From positions 489,898 to 553,897 of the forward strand of contig CAVWAJ010000007.1 in NCBI GenBank assembly GCA_963752965.1: a stretch of DNA of 64,000 nucleotides, in the 5' to 3' direction. Under the pieces are notes generated by a model. It saw only the letters and a list, made by a program, of their open reading frames with translations, was not told where the DNA came from and did not search any database. Below are positions 17,912-26,997 of the stretch, in pieces. A program made the position numbers and the translations under genes. How positions within the stretch are numbered: the first letter of the stretch is position 1; the number at the start of each line of letters is the position of its first letter. The stretch comes from Terriglobia bacterium (GTDB lineage Bacteria > Acidobacteriota > Terriglobia > Bryobacterales > Bryobacteraceae).

Positions 17912-20900
17912 ATGCCCACTCGCAGAGCCTTCTTCAAGATTAGCGCTGGAGGCGCAGTCGCCTCTATTCTGGGTTTCGACTTGAAGCCCGCCTATGCGCA
18001 GTCGAGAGAGTTGAAAATCGCCCGCACAACGGAGACACGCTCCACGTGCCCGTACTGCTCGGTCAGTTGCGGCGTGATTATCCACACACTCGGCGACAAG
18101 GCGAAGAATGTCACGCCACAGGTGGTACACGTGGAGGGCGACCCGGACCATCCGATCAATCGTGGCACGCTCTGTCCCAAGGGATCGTCATTGATGCAGG
18201 ACATCCTGAACGAGCGCCGGCTGCTCAAGCCGCAGGTGCGGCGTCCGGGGTCCGATCATTGGGAAGACATCGGCTGGGACCAGGCGATCGACGAGATCGC
18301 GCAGCGCATCAAGAAGACGCGCGACGACACGTTCATTGAGAAGGACGCGCAAGGACGCACCGTCAACCGGTGCGAAGGCATTGCCTGGAACGGCGGCTGC
18401 ACCGACACCAACGAATTCAATTATCTCGTCGTGAAGAGCATGCGCAGCCTGGGGGTCTGCTACCTGGAAAACCAGGCCCGTGTTTGACACGGCCCCACGG
18501 TCTCCAGTTTGGGGCCCACATTCGGACGCGGTGCGATGACCAATGGCTGGGTCGACATCAAGAACACCGACATGATGTTGATCATGGGTGGCAATCCGGC
18601 CGAGAACCACCCTTGCGGCTTCAAGTGGGCCATCGAAGCCAAGCGCAATCGCAACGCGAAGATGATTGTCGTCGACCCGCGGTATACGCGCACCGCGGCG
18701 ACGTCGGACCTGTTCGTGCAGATTCGCGTGGGTTCGGACATCGCGTTTCTCGGCGGCATCATTCACTACGCAATCGAAAACAACCGGATCGCCAAAGACT
18801 ATCTGACCCAATACACGAACGCCGCGTTCATCGTGAGGAAGGGATTCAAGCTTCCCGAGGATGGCCTGTACTCGGGTTTCGACGCGGCCGCGCACACCTA
18901 CGACAAAGCCACGTGGAACTACGAAGAGGGCGGCGATTTGAAGGGCAAAGCTGACACGCCGGGTGATGGCGGGGCACCGGCAAATCCGCCGGCGCTACCT
19001 GCGAACGTGGCTTACGATCTGACGCTCGAACATCCGCGCTGCGTGTTTCAATTGATGCGGAAACACTTCTCGCGCTACACGCCCGAGATGGTTGAGCGCA
19101 TTACGGGCGTTCCCAGAGACCAGTTCCTGAAAGCCGCCGAACTGTTCACTTCCATCCGCAAAGACGGCGACATGAAGAAGGCGGGCACGGTCATCTACGC
19201 GGTGGGCTGGACGCAGCACAGTTCCGGCACGCAGACCATTCGCACGGCAGCGATGCTGCAACTGCTGTTGGGCAATATTGGCCGAGCGGGCGGCGGAGTG
19301 AACGCGCTGCGCGGGCATTCCAATATTCAGGGCGCTACGGACATGGCCGGCGTGTTCGATCTGCTCCCTGGCTATCTCAAGGTGCCTAACCCAGCGGATG
19401 TAGATCTCAAGGCTTACGTCGCGCGCATTACGCCGAAATCGGCGAAACCCGGACCGTGGGATTCTTTCAACTACTGGTCGAACACACCCAAGTTCGCGGT
19501 CTCGTTCCTCAAGGCCATGTACGGCGACCACGCCAGGAAGGAAAATGACTGGGCGTTCCATTACCTGCCCAAGATCGACCGCCGCTATTCCTGGACCGAA
19601 ATCTGGGACGACATGTATCGCGGCCATATCAAGGGACTGCTGGCGTTCGGCATGAACGGCGTGGCCATCGGGCCGAACTCGTCCAAGAACATCGACGCGC
19701 TGAAAAAAGCCGAATGGCTCGTGGTCTGCGAAATCTATCCTGATGAGACCAGCGAATTCTGGAGATCTCCGGGCATTACGGCGGAGGAAATGAAGCAGAT
19801 CCAAACGACCGTCTACCGCTTGCCCGGCGCAGGCTTCGCGGAGAAGGACGGGACATTCGTCAACTCAGCGCGCTGGCTGCAATGGAAGAGCGCCGCCGTG
19901 CCGCCGCCTGGGTTAGCAAAGCTCGATCAGGAAATCCTGGCGCGCATTTTCCTGAAGGTGCGCGAGCTGTATCAAAAAGAAGGCGGTAAGTTCCCCGATC
20001 CCGTTCTGCACGCCACCTGGAATTACACCGATCCGCATAACCCTTCGCTTTCCGAGGTAGCGAAAGAACTCAACGGCCGCGCTGTGGCCGACGTCACCGA
20101 TCCCAAGCTGAACCAAACCATCAAAGCCGGACAGCAACTGCCGGGATTCGCGTGGCTCCGCGACGATGGCTCGACCGCCTGTGGGAACTGGATCTTCAGC
20201 GGCTCCTGGACCGAAGCCGGCGCGCAGATCCAGCGGCGCGGCACCGAAGATCCGTCCGGCCAGGGCATCTATCCGAACTGGGCGTGGTCGTGGCCTGCGA
20301 ATCGCCGCGTGCTGTACAATCGCGCGTCGTGCGATCCCTCCGGCAAGCCATGGGATCCGGATCGCGCGCAGGTCTGGTGGAACGAAGCGCAACAGAAATG
20401 GGTGGGCAACGACGTGCCCGATTTCAAGCCCGATTCGCCACCCAAGGACCACATGGGCCCGTTCATCATGAACCCCGAAGGTATTGGGCGCCTCTTCGTG
20501 CCGCTGGCCGGCATGGCTGACGGGCCATTTCCCGAGCATTACGAGCCGACCGAGAGCCTCATCGAGAACCCGCTCCATCCGCAGCAAACGCACAATCCTC
20601 TGGCCAAGCGATTCACCACGGATCGCGACAAGTTCGGCACACCGGCTGAAGGGTACAACATCATTTGCACCACGTACAGGCTGACGGAACATTATCATTA
20701 CTGGACCAAGAACAATCCGATGAACGTCCAGTTGGTGCCCGAACCATTCGTCGAGATTCCCGCCGAGCTCGCGAACGATCTGGGACTCCGCGGCGGCGAA
20801 AAAATAAAAGTAAGCAGCGCGCGCGGGCACCACATCGCGAAGGCGATGGTCACGCGCCGCATCAAGCCGATGATGGTGGACGGCAAGAAAACCTATCAGA

Positions 20901-21055
20901 TTGGCATTCCCATTCACTGGGGTTACCGCGGCATCGCTGAAGACGCTGGGAGGACCGGTCTCACCATGGCCAACCAGCTCTCAGCGGCCGTGACGGATCC
21001 CAACGCGTACACGCCAGAGTTCAAGGGCTTCCTGGTGAAGATCGAGAGGGCATGA
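17912..21055 (+). CDS. fdnG: Formate dehydrogenase-N/O type alpha subunit, Tat-exported molybdopterin selenoprotein (in-frame UGA = Sec at codon 192)
   Basis: Track ORFs 17909-18487 and 18509-21055 are in the same frame and are separated only by the TGA at 18485-18487. The junction reads ENQARV-U-HGPTVSSLGPTFGRGAMTNGW, matching the conserved Sec context of E. coli FdnG/FdoG (DNQARVUHGPTVASLAPTFGRGAMTNHW). Tat leader MPTRRAFFK. N-terminal 4Fe-4S motif CPYCSVSCG...C. Confidence 0.9.
18485..18516 (+). promoter_or_regulatory. Selenocysteine recoding signal: UGA plus SECIS-like hairpin
   Basis: TGA at 18485-18487. Three nt downstream is a perfect 7-bp stem ggcccca (18491-18497) / tggggcc (18510-18516) enclosing a 12-nt loop cggtctccagtt that contains GGUC, as in the apical loop of the E. 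coli fdhF SECIS. Confidence 0.7.
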
Positions 21056-21939
21056 TGAGCAACGGGCCACTGCAAATCAAAGCCATCTCCGGTCACGCCG
21101 GACCGGTCCCGGGCCGTGACGCGTCGCGCGATTACGATGTGTGCAAGGTTGTCGACGTTACGACCTGCATTGGCTGCAAGGCCTGCGAGGTCGCGTGTCT
21201 CGAATGGAACGGCTATCCGTTTCGCCAGACCGTTTTCGATAACACGTACCAGACCATGCCCGACCTGGCATGGAATTATTACAACCTGATCCGCTTCAAC
21301 GAACACACCGCCAGCGACGGAACTTTCAGCTGGCTCATGCGCAAAGACCAGTGCATGCATTGCGCCGACCCTGGCTGCCTGCACGCCTGCCCGTCTGACG
21401 GCGCTATCGTGCAATACTCCAATGGCATCGTCGATTTCCAGCAGGAGTATTGCATCGGCTGCCAGTATTGCGTCACCGGTTGCCCATTCAATATTCCCAA
21501 GTTCAACCCCGAAACGAAGAAGGTCCACAAGTGTACGCTCTGCTCGGACCGCGTGGGCGTGGGCTTGGAACCTGCCTGCATCAAAGCTTGCCCCACCGGC
21601 TGCCTTCACTTCGGCAGCAAAGATGACATGAAAGACCTTGCCGAGAGCCGCGCCCAGCAGTTGCGCGACCACACCTCGCACACCAATGCCGGCGTGTATG
21701 ATCCTCCGGGCGTCGGCGGCACACACGTCATCTACGTCCTGCACGACATCAACGACACCGAAGCTTATGGCGGGCTGCCAGCCAATCCGCACGTGCCGTG
21801 GACCGTTAAGCTCTGGAAGGGGCCGCTTAAGTGGCTCGGCAACGTGGCCATGATCGGCGGCCTGATCGGCGTCACGCTGCACTATCTCCGCTTCGGACCG
21901 AAGCAAGTGAAAGAAGAGCAGGCGGAGGGCAAGCCATGA
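21052..21939 (+). CDS. fdnH: Formate dehydrogenase beta (4x[4Fe-4S] ferredoxin) subunit with C-terminal membrane anchor
   Basis: 295 aa. ATGA overlap with fdnG. Cys clusters CIGCKACEVAC, CMHCADPGCLHACP, CIGCQYCVTGCP, CTLCSDR...CIKACP. C-terminal TM WLGNVAMIGGLIGVTLHYL. Confidence 0.9.
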   Translation: MMSNGPLQIKAISGHAGPVPGRDASRDYDVCKVVDVTTCIGCKACEVACLEWNGYPFRQTVFDNTYQTMPDLAWNYYNLIRFNEHTASDGTFSWLMRKDQCMHCADPGCLHACPSDGAIVQYSNGIVDFQQEYCIGCQYCVTGCPFNIPKFNPETKKVHKCTLCSDRVGVGLEPACIKACPTGCLHFGSKDDMKDLAESRAQQLRDHTSHTNAGVYDPPGVGGTHVIYVLHDINDTEAYGGLPANPHVPWTVKLWKGPLKWLGNVAMIGGLIGVTLHYLRFGPKQVKEEQAEGKP

Positions 21940-22586
21940 GCGCAGCGCATTCGGCTGGCAGTATTCTGCGCTACACGCTCGCCGAGCGTGTGATCCATTG
22001 GGTGGCGGGCATAACGTACGTCTACCAGTTGCTCACGGGCCTGGCATTCTATTCCCCGCACCTGTTCTGGATCGCAATTCTGCTGGGAGGCGCACCCACC
22101 GTCCGGTTCTGGCATCCCTGGGCCGGCCTCTTGTTCACGGGCGTGCTACTCCGGATGCTCAAGATCTGGCACACCGATATGCGCATCACTGGCGTGGATC
22201 GCGCATGGGCCAAGGCGATGCAGCACTACATCCGCAACGAGGATGAAGACCTGCCGCCCATTGACCGCTTCAACGTCGGGCAGAAGTATTTCTTCTGGGC
22301 CATGCTCTATGCCGGAATCATCATGCTGATTTCCGGCGTGGCGCTATGGTTTCCCGAATTGATCCCCTGGCGATTGCGATTCCTTCGTTACGCCGCGATA
22401 TTGCTGCATGTGAGTGCCGCGCTCGTGAGCATCGGCGCGTTCATCATCCACGTTTATATGGGCACGGCTATGGTGCGCGGCGGATTCACCTCGATCATTC
22501 GCGGCGAAGTGTCGCCAGCCTGGGCGAGAATGCACCACCGTCTCTGGTACAACCGTGTCACCGGAGCGCCGGCAGCGAGGAGATGA
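21936..22586 (+). CDS. fdnI: Formate dehydrogenase gamma (cytochrome b556) subunit
   Basis: ATG at 21936 overlaps the fdnH stop (ATGA). Sequence MSAAHSAGSILRYTLAERVIHWVAG..., four TM segments with conserved His (HW, HPW, LLHV, IIHVY), and the NVGQKYFFW motif. Confidence 0.85.
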   Translation: MSAAHSAGSILRYTLAERVIHWVAGITYVYQLLTGLAFYSPHLFWIAILLGGAPTVRFWHPWAGLLFTGVLLRMLKIWHTDMRITGVDRAWAKAMQHYIRNEDEDLPPIDRFNVGQKYFFWAMLYAGIIMLISGVALWFPELIPWRLRFLRYAAILLHVSAALVSIGAFIIHVYMGTAMVRGGFTSIIRGEVSPAWARMHHRLWYNRVTGAPAARR

Positions 22587-23329
22587 TCTCGTCCCCGTGG
22601 GACAGTCGCATCGAGCGAGCCGAGGACTTGGCCAAGTCACATGCGCCCGCCGCTGAGATCCTGCGATTTTATGGCGAGGTCATGCGGCTTCAGAAGGCTG
22701 TCTACGAGAAGCTCACATTCGCGCGGGTCCAACGGCCTGATGCCTCGGTTCTGCTGCCGCACTTCCCTGCCCTGCTATCGCTAGCAAAACGTGCCGGCAC
22801 GGCACCGCTCGCCCGCGTCGCAAGCGAATTAGCGCAAGATCAAACAAAATGGCCTGGCGTTCTTGCGGATCAGGATGCCGGTGAGGAGGAAGCCTTTTTC
22901 GCTCGCGCCCTGTTACAGCCTCTTTTCGAATATCGGGCTAGCCAGAGCGACACGGCCGCCGGCGCGGTTCAACCTGCCTGCCCGTTTTGCGGCGAGCGGC
23001 CCCAGGTCGCCGTCCTTCGCGGCGAGGGCGAGGGTGGCAAACGCTCCCTAATCTGTTCCCTCTGTTCCACCGAGTGGGACTTCCGCCGCCTGCTGTGCCC
23101 GCAATGCGGCGAAGAAGCCGAGCGCCAATTGCCGGTTTATACGACGGAACAGTTTCCGCACGTCCGCGTCGAGGCCTGCGACACCTGCCATACCTACATT
23201 AAGTCCGTGGATCTTACCAAAAATGGATTAGCGGTGCCGGTGGTCGAGGAACTTGCCACGGTCGCACTCAGTCTGTGGGCGGAACAGCACGGGTACACGA
23301 AGCTGCAATTGAACTTGCTCGGGATGTAA
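22583..23329 (+). CDS. fdhE: Formate dehydrogenase accessory protein FdhE
   Basis: ATG at 22583 overlaps the fdnI stop (ATGA). Four CXXC pairs in the FdhE arrangement: CPFCGERP, CSLCSTEW, CPQCGE, CDTCHTYIK. Confidence 0.85.
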   Translation: MISSPWDSRIERAEDLAKSHAPAAEILRFYGEVMRLQKAVYEKLTFARVQRPDASVLLPHFPALLSLAKRAGTAPLARVASELAQDQTKWPGVLADQDAGEEEAFFARALLQPLFEYRASQSDTAAGAVQPACPFCGERPQVAVLRGEGEGGKRSLICSLCSTEWDFRRLLCPQCGEEAERQLPVYTTEQFPHVRVEACDTCHTYIKSVDLTKNGLAVPVVEELATVALSLWAEQHGYTKLQLNLLGM

Positions 23330-23338
23330 CGGGAATGG

Positions 23339-24364
23339 CTATATCTTGACTGCCGGGGCCGCCGACGCCACCTTCAAACGGTGCAGAACTTCCACAACCT
23401 GGTCCAAGGCCGCCGCCCGGTGGTTCTGCGCCTCGCACAGCGTGTGCAGTACTTCCCCTTGACGGTCGAGCCGCTCACACCAACCATCCACTTTAGACGA
23501 TAGTTCTGCCACCGTCGCTTGCAGATGCGTGAAGCTACCGACCTTGACCTGCAATCCTGACAACTCTTCGCGCTGCACGGCCTGTTGCGATGAGATCTCA
23601 TCCAATCGCGCGGCAAACCAGTCCATTCGTTCTCGCGTGCCCTCGCGAAGCGCCTGAACGTCGGCTTGGTGGCGGGCATCCGCTTCCCGCGTGGTAGCGA
23701 CCGCTTCGCAAAGCTCCTCGTATCTTTCCTGCACCACGCCATTGACGACCTGTTGCCCGAAAACCACCTCCGCCAACTGGTCGAAGCGGCGGGTGAGGCC
23801 GTCCAGTTGCTGTCCCGCGGCGCTCCTCCAGCCGGAGCCTTGCTGCACCAATTCCTGGACCGCCGACAAGAAAGTACTGGCGCTCTCCGCCATCCGCCTG
23901 AGGATCTGAGCGGCGGCCTGTTCGTCGCCACTGCGCGTCTCCGCGGCGATGGCTTCCTGCCTTCGCGCCGGGTCCGGCAACGGCGCCGACGCCTCAACGG
24001 CCGCGGCGGCAGCCGAACCGGACTCCCGAATGGTTTCCTCCATATCGCGCACCAACTCTTCGTCCATACATTCCTCCAGAGAAGCGGTGGGCATGATTCG
24101 ATGGGTGTCGCAAGGCGACTTCCAGTAACAGTCCGATACACCGCACAGCTTCTCCCGGTCAATTCCTACTGGGATTGTTGTACTCTCTGGCAACGGAATC
24201 AACGGAGACTCCCAGCCAAAACACGGCGTACATCGCTCCCTATGTTGGAGGAAGCGAACGGCGTCTATGATCGCCAGATTCGAAATCGCGTCCGCGCAGC
24301 CGAAGGCCTTGGCCTTTTCTTCGATAGCGATTCGCAAGGTGCCGTCGTTAAACCCGCAGACCAA
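23339..24364 (-). CDS. Hypothetical protein: Cys-rich N-terminal domain, acidic/Ala-rich linker, long coiled-coil C-terminus
   Basis: 341 aa with GC3-rich codons. Eight Cys in the first about 100 aa (VCGF...FGCAD...RCTPCFGW...LCGVSDCYWKSPCD...EEC). The C-terminal about 200 aa are heptad-like and Q/E/R/L-rich. I recognise no family. Confidence 0.5.
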   Translation of the reverse strand: MVCGFNDGTLRIAIEEKAKAFGCADAISNLAIIDAVRFLQHRERCTPCFGWESPLIPLPESTTIPVGIDREKLCGVSDCYWKSPCDTHRIMPTASLEECMDEELVRDMEETIRESGSAAAAAVEASAPLPDPARRQEAIAAETRSGDEQAAAQILRRMAESASTFLSAVQELVQQGSGWRSAAGQQLDGLTRRFDQLAEVVFGQQVVNGVVQERYEELCEAVATTREADARHQADVQALREGTRERMDWFAARLDEISSQQAVQREELSGLQVKVGSFTHLQATVAELSSKVDGWCERLDRQGEVLHTLCEAQNHRAAALDQVVEVLHRLKVASAAPAVKI

Positions 24365-24528
24365 TGCTTCGGTTCTCGTCTTTCTGGTGTTGGTTAGTAT
24401 ACAGCAACGGACCGCCGCGATCTCACGGGCGTTTCATGAAGTTTTGGTTAATTTATCGAGACGGGCTAGGTGTTCGGTGCTAGGTTGGGCGCTCGGGAGT
24501 TGGGGTGCTAGCACCTAACACCTGGCAC

Positions 24529-25815
24529 CTAACACCTGAGATCTTCTCTTCCGATCTTGAATCCGTTGAGGTTACCGAGCACCGTGAGCGCGATGTGCTT
24601 CTGGTCGAAGAAGGTCTGGGCGATGCGCTGCACGTCGTCGGCAGTGACCTGCTCGATGGAGTCCGCCAGCTCGTCCAAGGTGAAGAAGCGTTGGAAGTAC
24701 ATCTCCTGGCGCGCGAGGTTAGACATGCGGCTCGATGTCGATTCCAGGCTCAGCATCAGCGAGCCCTTCAGATGATCCTTGGCGCGGCGCAGCTCCTCAT
24801 CGGTGATGCGCTCCTGCTTGAGCTGCTGGAACTCTTTAAGGATCGACTCGATCACCTTCCCCACGCTCTCGATCGACGTGCCCGCGTAAATGGAGAGGCA
24901 GCCGGTATCGCGGTAAGGATTCAGTTCCGAAAACACCGCATAGGCCAGACCCTGGCGCTCGCGAATATTCTGGAACAAACGCGAGCTCATGCCGCCGCCC
25001 AGCAGCGTGTTGAGCACATAGCAGCCGAAGCGATCCTCGTGAGGAATCGGATAAGACGGCACGCCCATGCAAAGGTGCACTTGCTCGAGCGACTTTTTGT
25101 TCCGCAGCGCGATGCGCGCGTGGGTAACGGGCGGACGCTCGGCCGGCAGAAGGTCGTAGGGCTTCATCGAAGCGAAATGTTCGCCGGCGAGGTCCGTCAG
25201 AACCTTGTGCGTCAGATTTCCGGCCGCGGTGATCACCAGATTCATGGGCGAGTACGCGTGATGGTAGTAACTCTCCATCATCTGGCGGTCGAAGCGCTTC
25301 ACGGTCTCGCGCGTGCCCAGGATCGGCTTTCCCAGCGGATGATCTTTCCAGAAATTCGAGGAGAAAATCTCGTGAACCAGGTAGTCGGGATTGTCCTCGT
25401 CCATCTTGAGCTCTTCGAGGATGACGCCCTTTTCCTTGTCCATGTCCTCTTCGCGGAAGAGCGGATTGAGCACCAGGTCGCCGAGTACGTCGAAGGACAG
25501 CGGCAGGTGCTGGTCAAGCACCTTGGTGTTGAAGCAGACCATCTCCTTCGAGGTGAACGCGTCGAGATTGCCGCCGATGGAATCGACGGACCGCGCGATA
25601 TCTTCGGCTGAGCGCTTTGACGTTCCTTTGAACACCATGTGCTCGATGAAGTGGGAAAGCCCGTTTTGCTCGGGCGTTTCGCGACGCGATCCGGTCCCTA
25701 TCCAGATGCCCACTGAAACCGAGCGCACATGGGGCATGGTTTCGCTGATGACGCGGACGCCGTTCGGCAACGTAGTAGTTTCGATCTCTCGAACTGAAGC
25801 TGGCGAATTTTCCAT
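24529..25815 (-). CDS. M16 family (pitrilysin/insulinase-like) zinc metallopeptidase
   Basis: 428 aa. Inverted zinc motif [11 protein letters not shown] (HxxEH). Typical M16 N- and C-terminal halves. Confidence 0.9.
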   Translation of the reverse strand: MENSPASVREIETTTLPNGVRVISETMPHVRSVSVGIWIGTGSRRETPEQNGLSHFIEHMVFKGTSKRSAEDIARSVDSIGGNLDAFTSKEMVCFNTKVLDQHLPLSFDVLGDLVLNPLFREEDMDKEKGVILEELKMDEDNPDYLVHEIFSSNFWKDHPLGKPILGTRETVKRFDRQMMESYYHHAYSPMNLVITAAGNLTHKVLTDLAGEHFASMKPYDLLPAERPPVTHARIALRNKKSLEQVHLCMGVPSYPIPHEDRFGCYVLNTLLGGGMSSRLFQNIRERQGLAYAVFSELNPYRDTGCLSIYAGTSIESVGKVIESILKEFQQLKQERITDEELRRAKDHLKGSLMLSLESTSSRMSNLARQEMYFQRFFTLDELADSIEQVTADDVQRIAQTFFDQKHIALTVLGNLNGFKIGREDLRC

Positions 25816-25884
25816 GAGAAAGCCGGCGGGATTCCTGCATCCTTTTTACCATTTTTAGGCCTTTCGCCGCCACCGGAGCGGGGC

Positions 25885-26931
25885 GTGCTAGACTGGAGGA
25901 AAATGCCGCAAGCCCTTCTAGGCATGGAAGTTAGCGAAATACGGGAGGCTCTGGGACCGGAGCAACCCGAGTTTCGCGCCCGCCAGGTCTACGAAGCCCT
26001 GTATCACTCGCAAGTTACTGATTTAATTAATATTACAACCCTTCCAGGAGCTCTTCGCGACCGTCTGGCCACCGAGCACACCGTGGGCCAGCCGACCGTC
26101 GACCAGCGATTTGAGTCGAGTGACGGAACGCGCCGCTACCTGTTGCGCTTGGAAGACGGCCGGACGGTCGAGACCGTATGGATGCCGGAGGAGACGCGCG
26201 ACACGCTGTGCATTTCGAGCCAGGTGGGCTGCCCCGTGGATTGCAAGTTTTGCATGACGGCGCTGATGGGCCTGGAGCGCAACCTGACGGCGGGTGAGAT
26301 CGTGGGCCAAGTGCTTTACGTGGCGCGCGACAACGGGCTGCTGGGCCAGGGCGCACGGCTGAACGTCGTCATGATGGGGATGGGCGAGCCGCTGTTGAAC
26401 CTGCCTAACGTGGTGAAAGCCACGCGGATTTTGGCGGACCCACGCGGCGTGGGTTTATCGGAGAAACGCATCACGCTTTCGACGGCGGGGATTGTTCCGA
26501 AGATCGCCGAACTCGGCGAGGAGCTGGTGCGGCCGAAGCTCGCCGTTTCGCTCAACGCCTCAACTGAAGAAATGCGGCAGGAACTAATGCCCATCACGCG
26601 CAAGTACCATCTCAAGGATCTGCTGGACGCCTGCCGCACATTCCCCCTACGGCCGTGGGAGAAGCTGACCTTTGAGTACGTGCTGCTCAAGGGCGTCAAC
26701 GACACCGATGCCGACGCGCGCCGCGTGGTGAAGCTACTGGCCAACCTGAACTGCAAAGTGAACCTCATCGCGCTCAATCCGGGGCCGGGGATTCCCTATA
26801 AGACGCCCGATACCGAGCGCGTGCTTTCGTTTCAGGCGATGGTGCGGCGCGCGATGCCGTGCTTCATCCGCAAGCCTAGGGGGCGGGACATTTTTGCGGC
26901 TTGCGGGCAGTTGAAGCGTAATTCGACGTAG
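25885..26931 (+). CDS. rlmN: 23S rRNA/tRNA (adenine-C2)-methyltransferase RlmN (radical SAM)
   Basis: 348 aa. Motifs [17 protein letters not shown] (CxxxCxxC), [18 protein letters not shown], and AACGQL near the C-terminus. Confidence 0.9.
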   Translation: MLDWRKMPQALLGMEVSEIREALGPEQPEFRARQVYEALYHSQVTDLINITTLPGALRDRLATEHTVGQPTVDQRFESSDGTRRYLLRLEDGRTVETVWMPEETRDTLCISSQVGCPVDCKFCMTALMGLERNLTAGEIVGQVLYVARDNGLLGQGARLNVVMMGMGEPLLNLPNVVKATRILADPRGVGLSEKRITLSTAGIVPKIAELGEELVRPKLAVSLNASTEEMRQELMPITRKYHLKDLLDACRTFPLRPWEKLTFEYVLLKGVNDTDADARRVVKLLANLNCKVNLIALNPGPGIPYKTPDTERVLSFQAMVRRAMPCFIRKPRGRDIFAACGQLKRNST

Positions 26932-26959
26932 GGCAGCCCAGTCCCTGCAAAGTCTGGGA

Positions 26960-26988
26960 TTGACCTCAGCTCCGAAAAGGCATACCAT
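26960..26988 (+). promoter_or_regulatory. Candidate sigma70 promoter giving a leaderless or near-leaderless radical SAM mRNA
   Basis: TTGACC (26960-26965), 17-nt spacer, TACCAT (26983-26988). The ATG at 26998 lies only 9 nt after the -10 hexamer and has no Shine-Dalgarno. Confidence 0.4.
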
Positions 26989-26997
26989 CATTCGGCC

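Noticed and set aside
17909-18487. An apparent 192-aa stand-alone ORF followed by a separate 848-aa ORF. This could be read as a disrupted formate dehydrogenase pseudogene.
   Set aside because: Both pieces are in the same frame and are separated by a single TGA located exactly at the conserved selenocysteine position (NQARV-U-HGPTV), with a hairpin just downstream. I interpret this as Sec recoding, not a nonsense mutation.
18188-21906. Long minus-strand ORFs (18188-18895, 18995-19804, 19913-20917, 20923-21906) antisense to fdnG and fdnH.
   Set aside because: The plus-strand frames carry unambiguous molybdopterin oxidoreductase and 4Fe-4S ferredoxin motifs. The antisense ORFs are Arg/Ala/His-rich with no motifs.
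24505-25611. A 368-aa plus-strand ORF antisense to the M16 peptidase gene.
   Set aside because: The minus-strand frame has the HxxEH zinc motif and full-length M16 organisation. The antisense product is Leu/Arg/His-rich and has no features.
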